Shown here: one piece after another, positions 53,389 through 62,587 of the stretch
Layout: each line of letters begins with the position of its first letter
Position numbering within the stretch: position 1 is the stretch's first letter
Source of the DNA: Thainema sp.
GTDB lineage: Bacteria > Cyanobacteriota > Cyanobacteriia > Phormidesmidales > Phormidesmidaceae
Length of the DNA stretch: 64,000 nt
Assembly: GCA_052168235.1 (NCBI GenBank)
Contig: JBQLZK010000005.1
Span: 107,018-171,017, forward strand
Direction: 5' to 3'
Notes under the pieces: generated by a model
The model's input: only the letters and a program-made list of their open reading frames with translations
Told to the model about the DNA's origin: nothing
Database searches by the model: none
Translations under genes and position numbers: made by a program

Positions 53389-53764
53389 GGTTCTTCAAAC
53401 TAAATTCTGTAGTAAATAAACGGGTTGACTTAAAAATCGAAAACCTCTCCATTATCGAGGATTGTTCGGCATCTTGAACATCGATTTTTGCAAATTGGTC
53501 ATGATTCGATCTGATCTCGTTTTAGCGCTAATGGCAGTCTGCAAAATGCGTCTTCTGGGTTCCGGTTAGAGAGAGTGGGTCTGCCCAAAGCGTGATGTGA
53601 ACGGTTACAACCGCTACTTAGGATATCGATATTCCGTTACGGGATTGCCTGATCTAGGTGTGGAGTGAGCGGCGAGACACTGTTCTCAGGTTTTAACACT
53701 TCATGCTCAGAATCGTAATTGCAATCAACCACTAACAATCAACTACTAACCACCAATAATCACG

Positions 53765-54316
53765 ATGGTTTTGCCCGATCATCAACAGGCATCAACAGAT
53801 TCTAAATCTCTACTGGGGATAGTTATGCAGGCGCAAAGCCCTAGCGAAGCCCTTGGCTCTGCGTTGCCTGTTTTAGGACAGCAACTAAGCTGCGATCGCA
53901 TTTTTCTGTACCTGCGTCACCCGGATTTGAATCAGGGGCGTGTGCCATTCTGCTGGTGCGATCGCGCCGATGTTCCACCCATCTATGACCGGACGTGGAA
54001 AGAAGAACCTGCATCGCTGGCTGACGATGATCCGATGTTTGCAGCGGCTCTTAATGCCGAACCCAGCATTTTCGTTGCTGATGTAGAAATGGCTAGCCCG
54101 GATACGTTGAATCGCGAGTTCGAAGCACAAACCTTTGGCCATCGAGCCTTGGTACATGCTCATCTCTGCCGCGATCAGCAACTCTGGGGCATCCTGCAAC
54201 CCGAAGTCTTTGATCATCCTCGCCTCTGGAGTTCTACCGATCGCCATTTGATCAACCAAGCGGTTAATTTACTGACGCCTTTGGCTGTGGACTATGTGAA
54301 TCAGGCGCTGCGGTGA
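53765..54316 (+). CDS. Stand-alone GAF domain protein
   Basis: LSCDRIFLY, ALVHAHL, LWGIL, PRLW GAF pattern. Confidence 0.8.
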   Translation: MVLPDHQQASTDSKSLLGIVMQAQSPSEALGSALPVLGQQLSCDRIFLYLRHPDLNQGRVPFCWCDRADVPPIYDRTWKEEPASLADDDPMFAAALNAEPSIFVADVEMASPDTLNREFEAQTFGHRALVHAHLCRDQQLWGILQPEVFDHPRLWSSTDRHLINQAVNLLTPLAVDYVNQALR

Positions 54317-54351
54317 TTTCTTAATTTCAACTTATTCGCACAACACCAAAT

Positions 54352-55080
54352 ATGATCATCAATTTACAAGAAACCGGATGGGAAGTGATTTACCATCGCG
54401 CTCATGCTCTGCTGGCTGCTCAGATTGCGGGATATTGGGACTTTGGTGATGCTTCGCACCGACTGTATGAAACAATTGTTGCGATTTCGCACCACGATGA
54501 TTTGGAGAAAGAGTGGGAAGGCGATCAGCTCACGGAAGCGGGTGCGCCGCTGGATTTTATGCTAGAGCGTGACCCCAAAATTGAGGACTTGCGTCGTCAT
54601 GCCGACGAAGCGCTCTATCGGGGGCGCTGGGTGGCCATGTTGACCTCCATGCATTTGTCTTTTCTCAATGCCGGGAAAGCCAGTGATGATCCAGAGATGG
54701 CCGAATTTCTGGACGAACAGCGAGAACATCAGGCTCAGTGGCGTAAAGAACTGGGCATCAGTAAAGACAAAGCCGCTTCGGTGTATGACTTTATGCGCTG
54801 GTGCGATCGCATGTCGCTCATCCTCTGTCAGCGGCAGATTCCAATGGGCGATCGGTCATTGGAAGTCACGACTGGCCCGGATGGACAAGATTATTTTGTG
54901 CGGCAGCTCGATTCTGGCGATTTAGCGGTTGAGCCTTGGCCGTTTAAGCCCGATACGTTCACAGTTGAAGTGGAAGCCTGCATCCTGAATCAGCTCAAAT
55001 TTCAGGATCAAGAAGAGTTAAGTAATGCGTTGAAAAATGCGCCCCGTCAGCAGTTGACTTGGACATTTAGGCAAAATTAA
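54352..55080 (+). CDS. DUF3891 family protein
   Basis: HRAHALLA, SHHDD, GAPLDF, SMH, CDRMSL, PWPF. Confidence 0.8.
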   Translation: MIINLQETGWEVIYHRAHALLAAQIAGYWDFGDASHRLYETIVAISHHDDLEKEWEGDQLTEAGAPLDFMLERDPKIEDLRRHADEALYRGRWVAMLTSMHLSFLNAGKASDDPEMAEFLDEQREHQAQWRKELGISKDKAASVYDFMRWCDRMSLILCQRQIPMGDRSLEVTTGPDGQDYFVRQLDSGDLAVEPWPFKPDTFTVEVEACILNQLKFQDQEELSNALKNAPRQQLTWTFRQN

Positions 55081-55121
55081 GGAGTGGATGTCGTTTTCTC
55101 TCTATTTTGAGGAGCGTAAAG

Positions 55122-55415
55122 ATGTCAATCCTTGAGTTGCTAATTTTGCTGCTGATTGCTGCCATTTGCGGCGGCATTGGGCAAGCAATTGTGGGATACA
55201 CGGTTGGTGGCTGTCTCGTTTCGATTGTGATTGGCTTAATTGGGGCGTTTCTGGGAACTTGGTTAGCTCGTGAATTGGGTCTGCCTTTGCTACTGCCTAT
55301 CAGCATCGGCGGCAACACGTTTCCTGTGCTGTGGGCTGTGATTGGTTCAGCAATTTTTGCTGCGATCGCAGGTCTCATCAACAAGCTGCTGCGTACTCCT
55401 CCAAGGCGTTATTAA
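55122..55415 (+). CDS. GlsB/YeaQ/YmgE (transglycosylase-associated) stress membrane protein
   Basis: Three Gly-rich TM helices, SIVIGLIGAFLG; GAGGAG RBS. Confidence 0.8.
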   Translation: MSILELLILLLIAAICGGIGQAIVGYTVGGCLVSIVIGLIGAFLGTWLARELGLPLLLPISIGGNTFPVLWAVIGSAIFAAIAGLINKLLRTPPRRY

Positions 55416-55583
55416 CTTTGCGTCACGGGAGAAGTGAGGCGAGAGGAGTATTTGCTGCGTCTGGATTAGAGGTCTAGCGATTTTTACTGCGATCGCAGGT
55501 TTCCATCGACCTTATTAAGAACGTGATTTGTGGCGAAACTATCAGGAGCAGCAAGAGGAGTAGTTGCGAGCACGTTGAAAACT

Positions 55584-55616
55584 AAAAAGGATTACCGATT
55601 CGGTAATCCTTTTTTG
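55584..55616. terminator. Bidirectional intrinsic terminator
   Basis: AAAAAGGATTACCGA-t-TCGGTAATCCTTTTT between convergent units. Confidence 0.7.
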
Positions 55617-55677
55617 GTTTTGATTAGGCTAAACAGTCCTCAAAGATAGAGCAGTCGGCAAACAGATGGACAGAAAG

Positions 55678-55721
55678 CTCCCTTACTCCCTTACTTCCTT
55701 GCTCCCCTGCCCTCTCACCCC
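55678..55721. repeat. Short tandem (STRR-like) 8-mer repeats
   Basis: CTCCCTTA/CTTCCTTG/CTCCCCTG units. Confidence 0.55.
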
Positions 55722-55984
55722 TTCTGCTTCTTCCTCGACGAATTCGGATTATCCGGGCCAACCGCATCTGGGTCTGGAGCATTTGCCGAAGGAATATCAG
55801 TCGCTTCTGGTTCTGAACTACTCGGCACGCGGTCATCAACTGTACTGGGGGTTTCAACACCGCCAGCCCCGGTCGGACTTTCTTCCGCCTCTGCATTCTG
55901 GGCTTCGTGGTCGAAAACCTTTGGATCGTTGTGGATGCTTGCTTTTCGAGCTTGATCTTTACGATCAGCTTGTTGGTTTGCCAT
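55715..55984 (-). CDS. Small hydrophilic hypothetical protein
   Basis: AGGAG RBS; 89 aa, acidic/Pro-rich. Confidence 0.65.
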   Translation of the reverse strand: MANQQADRKDQARKASIHNDPKVFDHEAQNAEAEESPTGAGGVETPSTVDDRVPSSSEPEATDIPSANAPDPDAVGPDNPNSSRKKQKG

Positions 55985-56000
55985 CGGTTGTATCTCCTAC

Positions 56001-56098
56001 ATATCAAGTCCGTATGTGAAAACTCAGTAATCCATTTTTTGTGAAAGGCTAACCGAGCCAGCCTTTCACAAAAATAAACTTGGGTTTTAACCGGACTT
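56001..56098. repeat. Hairpin MITE-like element, family H copy D
   Basis: TTTTTGTGAAAGGCT...AGCCTTTCACAAAAA core; AAGTCCG / CGGACTT ends. Confidence 0.75.
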
Positions 56099-56105
56099 TG
56101 TGTAA

Positions 56106-57281
56106 CTAGGCTGCAAAGGGTTTGAGGACAACCTTGATGCAGTTCTCTTCTTTGTCGCGGAAAATGCGATAGGCGCGGGGCGCTTCTTCGAGCGGTAGCG
56201 TATGGGTAATCAAAAACGAGGGATCAATTTCACCTTGCTGAATCCGATCCATCAGCGGTCGCAGATACTTATGGATGTGGGTTTGACCGGATCGCATCGT
56301 CAAGCCTTTATTAACGAATGATCCCATTGGCACCTTGTCAATAAAGCCGCCATACACGCCGGGTACAGAGACTTTGCCGCCTTTGCGACAGGCCACAATC
56401 GCTTGACGCAGCACCATTGCCCGACCCGTTTCCATCCGAATGGCTTGCTTCACCGTGTCATACAGCGCCATGACGCCCGTACCGTGGGCTTCCATTCCTA
56501 CGGCATCGATACAGCAGTCCGGCCCGCGACCGCCCGTCATTTCCTTGAGCGCTACTCCGGCATCAAACTCCTCGTAATTAATGGTTTCGGCCCCACCCGC
56601 TTTGGCCAGTTCCAGCCGTTCGGGAATGCGGTCAATCGCAATCACCCGTTCAGCTCCTAGCATGAAGGCGCTGCGAATGGCAAACTGTCCAACTGGGCCA
56701 CAACCCCAAACTGCGACCACTTCTCCTGGCTGAATGTCGCAGTTTTCGGCGGCCATGTAGCCTGTAGGGAAGATATCGGTTAAGAAAAGAACCTGTTCAT
56801 CTGTTAGGCCATCGGGCACCTTTAGCGGGCCAACATCGGCAAAGGGCACTCGTACATACTGCGCCTGTCCGCCAGCATAGCCGCCGAGTAAGTGAGAATA
56901 GCCAAACAGGCCAGATGGAGAGTGTCCATAGAATTTTTCGGCCATCCAGGCATTGGGATTTGAGTTATCGCACAGCGACCAGAGATCCCGATTGCAAAAA
57001 AAGCAGTTGCCGCAGGAAATCGTAAAGGGCACAACTACGCGATCGCCGATTTGCAGATTTTTGACTTCAGGGCCGACTTCGACCACTTCACCCATAAACT
57101 CATGGCCCAGGATATCCCCTGACTGCATGGTGGGAATATAGCCGTCATAGAGGTGCAGGTCAGAGCCACAAATGGCCGTTGACGTGACTTTGAGAATGGC
57201 ATCGCGCGGGTTCAAAATTTTGGGGTCGGGCACATTATCCACCCGCACATCCTGGGAACCATGCCAGCAAACAGCTTTCAT
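56106..57281 (-). CDS. Zinc-dependent dehydrogenase (formaldehyde-dehydrogenase-like)
   Basis: ICGSDLH, GHEFMG, CGNCFFC-x7-C, GCGPVG. Confidence 0.92.
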   Translation of the reverse strand: MKAVCWHGSQDVRVDNVPDPKILNPRDAILKVTSTAICGSDLHLYDGYIPTMQSGDILGHEFMGEVVEVGPEVKNLQIGDRVVVPFTISCGNCFFCNRDLWSLCDNSNPNAWMAEKFYGHSPSGLFGYSHLLGGYAGGQAQYVRVPFADVGPLKVPDGLTDEQVLFLTDIFPTGYMAAENCDIQPGEVVAVWGCGPVGQFAIRSAFMLGAERVIAIDRIPERLELAKAGGAETINYEEFDAGVALKEMTGGRGPDCCIDAVGMEAHGTGVMALYDTVKQAIRMETGRAMVLRQAIVACRKGGKVSVPGVYGGFIDKVPMGSFVNKGLTMRSGQTHIHKYLRPLMDRIQQGEIDPSFLITHTLPLEEAPRAYRIFRDKEENCIKVVLKPFAA

Positions 57282-57336
57282 CGTAATTCTCCCTAATATT
57301 CCTATGTCTTCATGAAGCGAGGCGCTAAGTTATCCG

Positions 57337-57430
57337 AAGTCCGGTTGGAAACCTAATGATTTATTTTTTGTGAAAAGCTGAGTCAGCTTTTCACGAAAAA
57401 TAAACTGGTTTTTTGTACTCGGACTTGGAT
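57337..57430. repeat. Hairpin MITE-like element, family H copy E
   Basis: Core 57361-57403; AAGTCCG / CGGACTT ends. Confidence 0.75.
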
Positions 57431-57431
57431 G

Positions 57432-57869
57432 TTACTGTTGCTCGTCGGTATAGCGCAGGGTTGGATTTTTCTCGGGATTTACATCAGATGAGGATGTTCC
57501 AGAAAAGGTCTCTTTGATCTGATCGGTAATCCGTTCCAGCGGCGTTCTGTCCTCTTCCATCTGGCGAGCCTGTTGGTTTTGATGCTCATAAACCACCGAG
57601 GGATCAACGCCGCCGTTGTAGTTTTCTTTGCTGATGGGATTATGAGTCTGACGCACTGGGCCATTCTCATAGGCTTTTGCCTCAGGCGTCATAGCAGCTT
57701 GGGCAGGCTGTAGATAGGCGCTTGCGGCTCCAAACCAGAGCACAATAGCCAATACGCTAACCCCAAACAGGCGCGTCAGTCGGCCATGTTTGAAAGCAGA
57801 CAAGAATGAAGAGATAGCCTGCACAGCGTTCATGCCGGGAATTGAAAAGCGAAGACGAGAAAGTTGCAT
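57432..57869 (-). CDS. Hypothetical exported protein
   Basis: Hydrophobic segment + AQA site, MTPEAKAY; start uncertain. Confidence 0.65.
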   Translation of the reverse strand: MQLSRLRFSIPGMNAVQAISSFLSAFKHGRLTRLFGVSVLAIVLWFGAASAYLQPAQAAMTPEAKAYENGPVRQTHNPISKENYNGGVDPSVVYEHQNQQARQMEEDRTPLERITDQIKETFSGTSSSDVNPEKNPTLRYTDEQQ

Positions 57870-58013
57870 AGTAATTAGTTAATGGTTGTTGATTGTTGGT
57901 TGATTAATGAGGATTGAATGGGGTGGTTAGTACACGGCCTGCACCACCGACCATCAGCAATCTATCTGCATTCACGAACAAGAACAGATTGCTAATGGAA
58001 CAATTTGAGAGAC

Positions 58014-58706
58014 TTAAGCGCCTTTAGGTTGGCCTTCAATGGTGGCGATTTCGCCCGCTTCCATGAGCTGCTTAAAGCGGTTCAGCTCATCGCCAATCTG
58101 CTGCTCAGGTTCTTCCCCGAACAGTTTTGCGATCGCAGCCGCTAAAACTCCACCCGGTGGCTGATATTCCATCACCACTTTGACCTCCGTGCCGCGATTG
58201 CCAGTGGTGGGTTGGAACCGGACAAAACCAGAATTTTCGATGTCGGAACCCTCTTCGGATGCCCAAGCAATCAGGTGATCTGGCTCATCGTTGATAATTA
58301 CCGCATCCCATTCGATCGTTTGATTCAGCGGCGCATTAGCCACCCAGTGAGAACGATTGGCATCGATATTTCGCACTGACTGGAGATGCTTCATAAAGCG
58401 GGGCAGATTTTCGAAATCACGCCAGAAGCTGTAGAGTTCTGAAGCAGGTCGATTAATCGTGACGGTCTTTTCTACGCGAAGCGCATGATCCAGGCCGACC
58501 GCATCTTCTACCTGCTTCAGGGTGCTGTTGCCCTGTGTGCCTTGATAAACTAATCCACCACCTGCGATCGCCATCAAGATGCCACGTAGCGATCGCTGTT
58601 GCAGCCCAGTGAGGACTAGTGCGCCGCCGCCAATTAACGACGCCCAACGCTCCAAATCACCAGCCTTTTGTGTGACTGGAGTTTGTGTGCTCATAGAGTT
58701 TTCCAT
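58014..58706 (-). CDS. SRPBCC (cyclase/dehydrase) family protein with N-terminal membrane segment
   Basis: ERWAS, VTINRP, FWRDFENLPRFM, SHW, FKQLMEAGEIAT. Confidence 0.9.
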   Translation of the reverse strand: MENSMSTQTPVTQKAGDLERWASLIGGGALVLTGLQQRSLRGILMAIAGGGLVYQGTQGNSTLKQVEDAVGLDHALRVEKTVTINRPASELYSFWRDFENLPRFMKHLQSVRNIDANRSHWVANAPLNQTIEWDAVIINDEPDHLIAWASEEGSDIENSGFVRFQPTTGNRGTEVKVVMEYQPPGGVLAAAIAKLFGEEPEQQIGDELNRFKQLMEAGEIATIEGQPKGA

Positions 58707-59194
58707 ACTGGCATCTCCTGATAACAGTGCTAATAGGTCGGCTAGAAGTGGGTGATGTAGCTAAGTCTCAGTGCTGTTCTTCAAGGTTGTTCTTCAAGAT
58801 TGCTAAAGCAGACTTAGCTCAGCTATTTGTTGCAGTTGTTGATGAAGCTGATCGAAATAATTTTGCAGAAGATATTGAAGAAGATTAGCGCCCAAGTTTT
58901 GGCCACATTGCCAGGATAGAAAGCCAGCGTTTTGGCTCCTTCACTCATAAGGTAGAGAGTTAGAAATGAGCGGGATCTGCTTTAGGAAGAGATTAATAAA
59001 TACGTTTTTGAGATAAAAAAATGGATTGCCTTTGGCACTCGAAACCGTGAGTTGCAGCCCAATATGAACTGAATCAATGGCTCATCTATAGATTTGTTGC
59101 AAATGAGCAGATTACTGGCTTACTGTTCTTTGGATAGATGAGATTTCGTTCTTGGAGTTGCCACATTTAAAGGCGAAGATTTGGAATTTTTACT

Positions 59195-59425
59195 ATGCCA
59201 ACAAGTCCACAAACCCAACAAGTTGTTAGCGATTTGGAATATGATTGGCTAACTGTAATGCACAACAAAGCTGAAGCACTACAAGCTTACGATCAGTATA
59301 TTGAAGATGCGCGTAGTGCAAATGCTCAACCTTGTGTTGAACTGTTTTCAAAGCTGAAGCAAGCTGAAGCAGAGCATATTCAAGAAATTCGTAAGCATCT
59401 CATGGATGTTATGCAAAATAGCTAA
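59195..59425 (+). CDS. Small ferritin-like/helical hypothetical protein
   Basis: DLEYD...AYDQYIEDA...ELF...EHI pattern. Confidence 0.7.
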   Translation: MPTSPQTQQVVSDLEYDWLTVMHNKAEALQAYDQYIEDARSANAQPCVELFSKLKQAEAEHIQEIRKHLMDVMQNS

Positions 59426-59451
59426 TCATCGCTATTTGAGTGCTTCAAAAC

Positions 59452-59489
59452 ATTTGAGTTCAGGACAAGAACCTGTCCTGAACTCAAAT
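59452..59489. terminator. Hairpin after the 76-aa gene
   Basis: ATTTGAGTTCAGGACA...TGTCCTGAACTCAAAT. Confidence 0.55.
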
Positions 59490-59647
59490 AATATTATTTT
59501 TAGAATTAAATTTGCTTGAGCGCGATCGCATATTCAGAAGCATGTAATCATGTATGGGATGTGCGATCGCACAATCGCTACAGGATCGATATAAATTCAA
59601 TAAAATTAAATTTAGACATTCTTGGGCGCTTTCACCCGTGTTTTGCC

Positions 59648-60718
59648 ATGACTCGATCTTGTCAAACCCGCCGCAACTTCTTACTCAGGGCGCTCAGCAC
59701 GATGGGCGGAGTTATTGGAGTTTCTGCCTGTCAGCAGACCATCAATCACGTGCAAATGGCTCAACCCAACGCTTCGATAACGCCATCTCCCCAATCCGCG
59801 TCTACGGCATCAACCGAAACATCAACAAAGGCAACACCAGCGACTACTGAACAACCCCCTGCACCGACTTCGATGCCAGAACGTCTGCTGGGTAAAACGG
59901 GGCAAATGCTGCCCGTGCTGGGTTTGGGCGGTTCCGCGTCGCCGCTCTCGCAACCGAGTCAGGAAGCGACAGCGCTGGCCATCATTCAGCGGGCGGTGGA
60001 GTTAGGGATTCGCTACTTTGATACAGCGGCCAACTATGGCCCCAGTGAAGATTTTCTCGGTAAGGTGTTGCCAGCCCATCGCGAGAACGTGGTGATCGCG
60101 ACGAAGACCAGTAAGCGGGACTATGACGGCGCATGGCGCGAACTGGAGCGATCGCTCCAGCGACTCAAAACCGACAGCATTGACCTCTGGCAGTTCCATG
60201 CACTCACCTATGATTGGGATGTGGATACGCTCTTGCAGCCGCAAACGGGAGCAATTAAAGCCGCTCAGGAAGCGCAGGAGCAGGGATTAATTCGCTATGT
60301 CGGGGTCTCAGGCCATCACGATGCCAACATTATCGCTACTGCACTGCGGCGCTATCCGTTTGACACGGCTTTAGTGCCAATCAACGCAGCCGATAAGCAT
60401 ACCGACCAACCCTTCATCACCACATTACTACCTGTGGCTCAGGAGCAGAATGTAGCGGTGATTGCCATGAAGGTGCCTGCTTATGGCAAGTTATTCAAGC
60501 CCGGAGTGCTGTCGGGAATGCCGGAAGCGCTGGGCTATACGCTGTCTCAACCCGGTGTACAGCTCTGCATCATTGCCGCTGATACGGTAGCTCAGCTAGA
60601 GGAAAATGTTGCCGCTGCTCAAGACTTTCAACCGCTGGATGCAGCAACGATGGCCGATATTGAACAGCGCACAGCCAGCGTATGGCAAGAAAACAGCTTC
60701 TTTCGCCGCTGGACATAA
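59648..60718 (+). CDS. Aldo/keto reductase with Tat-like signal
   Basis: TRRNFL; LGKTG, YFDTAANYG.SE, IATKT, QFHAL, IAMK. Confidence 0.88.
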   Translation: MTRSCQTRRNFLLRALSTMGGVIGVSACQQTINHVQMAQPNASITPSPQSASTASTETSTKATPATTEQPPAPTSMPERLLGKTGQMLPVLGLGGSASPLSQPSQEATALAIIQRAVELGIRYFDTAANYGPSEDFLGKVLPAHRENVVIATKTSKRDYDGAWRELERSLQRLKTDSIDLWQFHALTYDWDVDTLLQPQTGAIKAAQEAQEQGLIRYVGVSGHHDANIIATALRRYPFDTALVPINAADKHTDQPFITTLLPVAQEQNVAVIAMKVPAYGKLFKPGVLSGMPEALGYTLSQPGVQLCIIAADTVAQLEENVAAAQDFQPLDAATMADIEQRTASVWQENSFFRRWT

Positions 60719-60722
60719 TTAA

Positions 60723-60754
60723 CCAAAAGGGGCGCGATATCGCGCCCCTTTTGG
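60723..60754. terminator. Bidirectional terminator
   Basis: Perfect palindrome CCAAAAGGGGCGCGATATCGCGCCCCTTTTGG. Confidence 0.7.
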
Positions 60755-60772
60755 CTGAAACTATGAAATTGA

Positions 60773-61201
60773 CTAGCGGGTGTGGTTGCGATCGCGGGGT
60801 TCGGTTAGCACTTCCCATGCGGCCTTGGCAGCATCGGATAGGCGATCGCCAAGGGACTGAATTTCAGTCAAGATTGAATTCCAGTTTTGCTCAGCATCTT
60901 CCTGGAGATGTCTGACGGCAGTTTCAATGCGATCGGGATCAATCAGTCGATTCTCTTCCAAGGCCAAGCGGGCATTTTTGATCGCCGTGAGATAGGTTTC
61001 CCGACCTGCCGCTTCAGCAGCCTGAACCTCGGCCTGAGCGCGCTTTTTGATCGCTTCAATCAGCGCATTGGTCTCAGCCTGCATGTCGGCTTCTCGGGTG
61101 CGGGTCGTTGTTTCAGGGGTCATATCTGTTTCAACTAGTGCTTTTGATTCATCCGTTTCAACAATTGCCGAAGTTACAGGAACTTGATTTTCTTCGCTCA
61201 T
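60773..61201 (-). CDS. Helical hypothetical protein
   Basis: GGAGG RBS; amphipathic helices, AAKAAWEVLT. Confidence 0.7.
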   Translation of the reverse strand: MSEENQVPVTSAIVETDESKALVETDMTPETTTRTREADMQAETNALIEAIKKRAQAEVQAAEAAGRETYLTAIKNARLALEENRLIDPDRIETAVRHLQEDAEQNWNSILTEIQSLGDRLSDAAKAAWEVLTEPRDRNHTR

Positions 61202-61242
61202 GATGCCTCCTTGGGGGCTAGATGTTCAGGGTTGTAGACGTA

Positions 61243-62124
61243 TTAAACGAGTGCACCGGGCCGGGTAATGCCACTACCGTTGATCTGGCGATCAAGCTGG
61301 AGCAACCGCTCAACCCGGAGATCCGTAGCCGGGTGAGTGGAGAATAGACCCGACAGTCCTCCCTTCAGGTTATTCATAATCAGCAGGGGTTCAAAGGCCG
61401 GATTGGCTTCCAGTGGCATTTGACGAGCACCTGCTTCCAGTCGCTTCAGCGCCCGAGCTAGGGCTTTGGGATTCCCCGTAATCTGTGCTGCTCCAGCGTC
61501 GGCAGAGAATTCACGCGTTCGGGAAATACCCATTTGAATGACGCTAGCCGCCAGTGGTGCCAGGATCACGGTTGCTAACAGGCCAATCGGGTTGGGGCCA
61601 TTGTCGTCTCGACCGCCACCACCAAACCACAGGCTGTAGCTGAGAATTTGCGCCAGGAAGGAAATCGCGCCGCCAATCGTGGCTGCAACGGCTTGGGTCA
61701 ACGTGTCGCGATTACGGATGTGGGTCAGCTCGTGGGCAATGACGCCTTCTAACTCATCGGCTGGCAGCATCCGCATGATGCCCTGAGTGACTGCAACTGC
61801 CGCATGTTGGGGATCGCGGCCCGTTGCAAAGGCATTAGCGGATTGAGTTGGAATAATGTAAATCCCCGGCATCGGCAGGTCGGCCTTTTGGCTAAGGCGC
61901 TGCACCATTGCATAGAGTTCAGGGGCTTGTTGCGGGGTCACGGGTTGGGCGCGATAGGCTTTCAGGGCTATCTGATCAGAATAGAACCAGGAGCCAAAGT
62001 TCATGACGGCTGCGACTCCCACGCCGAGCAATGCTCCGCCTGTGCCGCCAAAGATCCAGTAGCAGATGGCAATTAACAGGCCACTGAGCAGTCCGAGTAA
62101 TGCTGCTGTTTTGACTTGGTTCAT
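61243..62124 (-). CDS. htpX: Zinc metalloprotease HtpX
   Basis: NAFATGR, AHELTH (HExxH), SRTREF.AD, FSTHP. Confidence 0.95.
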   Translation of the reverse strand: MNQVKTAALLGLLSGLLIAICYWIFGGTGGALLGVGVAAVMNFGSWFYSDQIALKAYRAQPVTPQQAPELYAMVQRLSQKADLPMPGIYIIPTQSANAFATGRDPQHAAVAVTQGIMRMLPADELEGVIAHELTHIRNRDTLTQAVAATIGGAISFLAQILSYSLWFGGGGRDDNGPNPIGLLATVILAPLAASVIQMGISRTREFSADAGAAQITGNPKALARALKRLEAGARQMPLEANPAFEPLLIMNNLKGGLSGLFSTHPATDLRVERLLQLDRQINGSGITRPGALV

Positions 62125-62587
62125 AGGTAAATTCGTCCTTTTTATGAGGTGCAAAGTGGATAACCCGATTGCCCATCAGGACTCCGCCTTGCAATTAATG
62201 TTTGTTTACAAACCTTGTTTAAATTTTAGGCAGACTTTTTAAAAAGCATGAGGGGAGACTGCGACGTTTGCGGTACGGATTCACGCACTCTCCAGGTTGA
62301 CGACTGTCAATACTTGTGCATTATGTATACCTTGCAACATAACTTGTAAGGCCAAAGCGGTTAAGCCAACCGAATTCCACGTCTATAACCTACTAGACGG
62401 ATCGGCTGATCTAAATCGTGATTTGGGTTGATTTGTCGTAGATTGTCGTAGATTTATGCTGTTTCCTTGGGATTCCCAGGCCATCCAGGTTATTTTTGTG
62501 AAGGCTATGTTTTAAGCGTGTTTCGCCAGCGCGATCGCACTTTTCACCATTCACTTATCACCTAAACGAGCAATGAGGAGACAGGCT

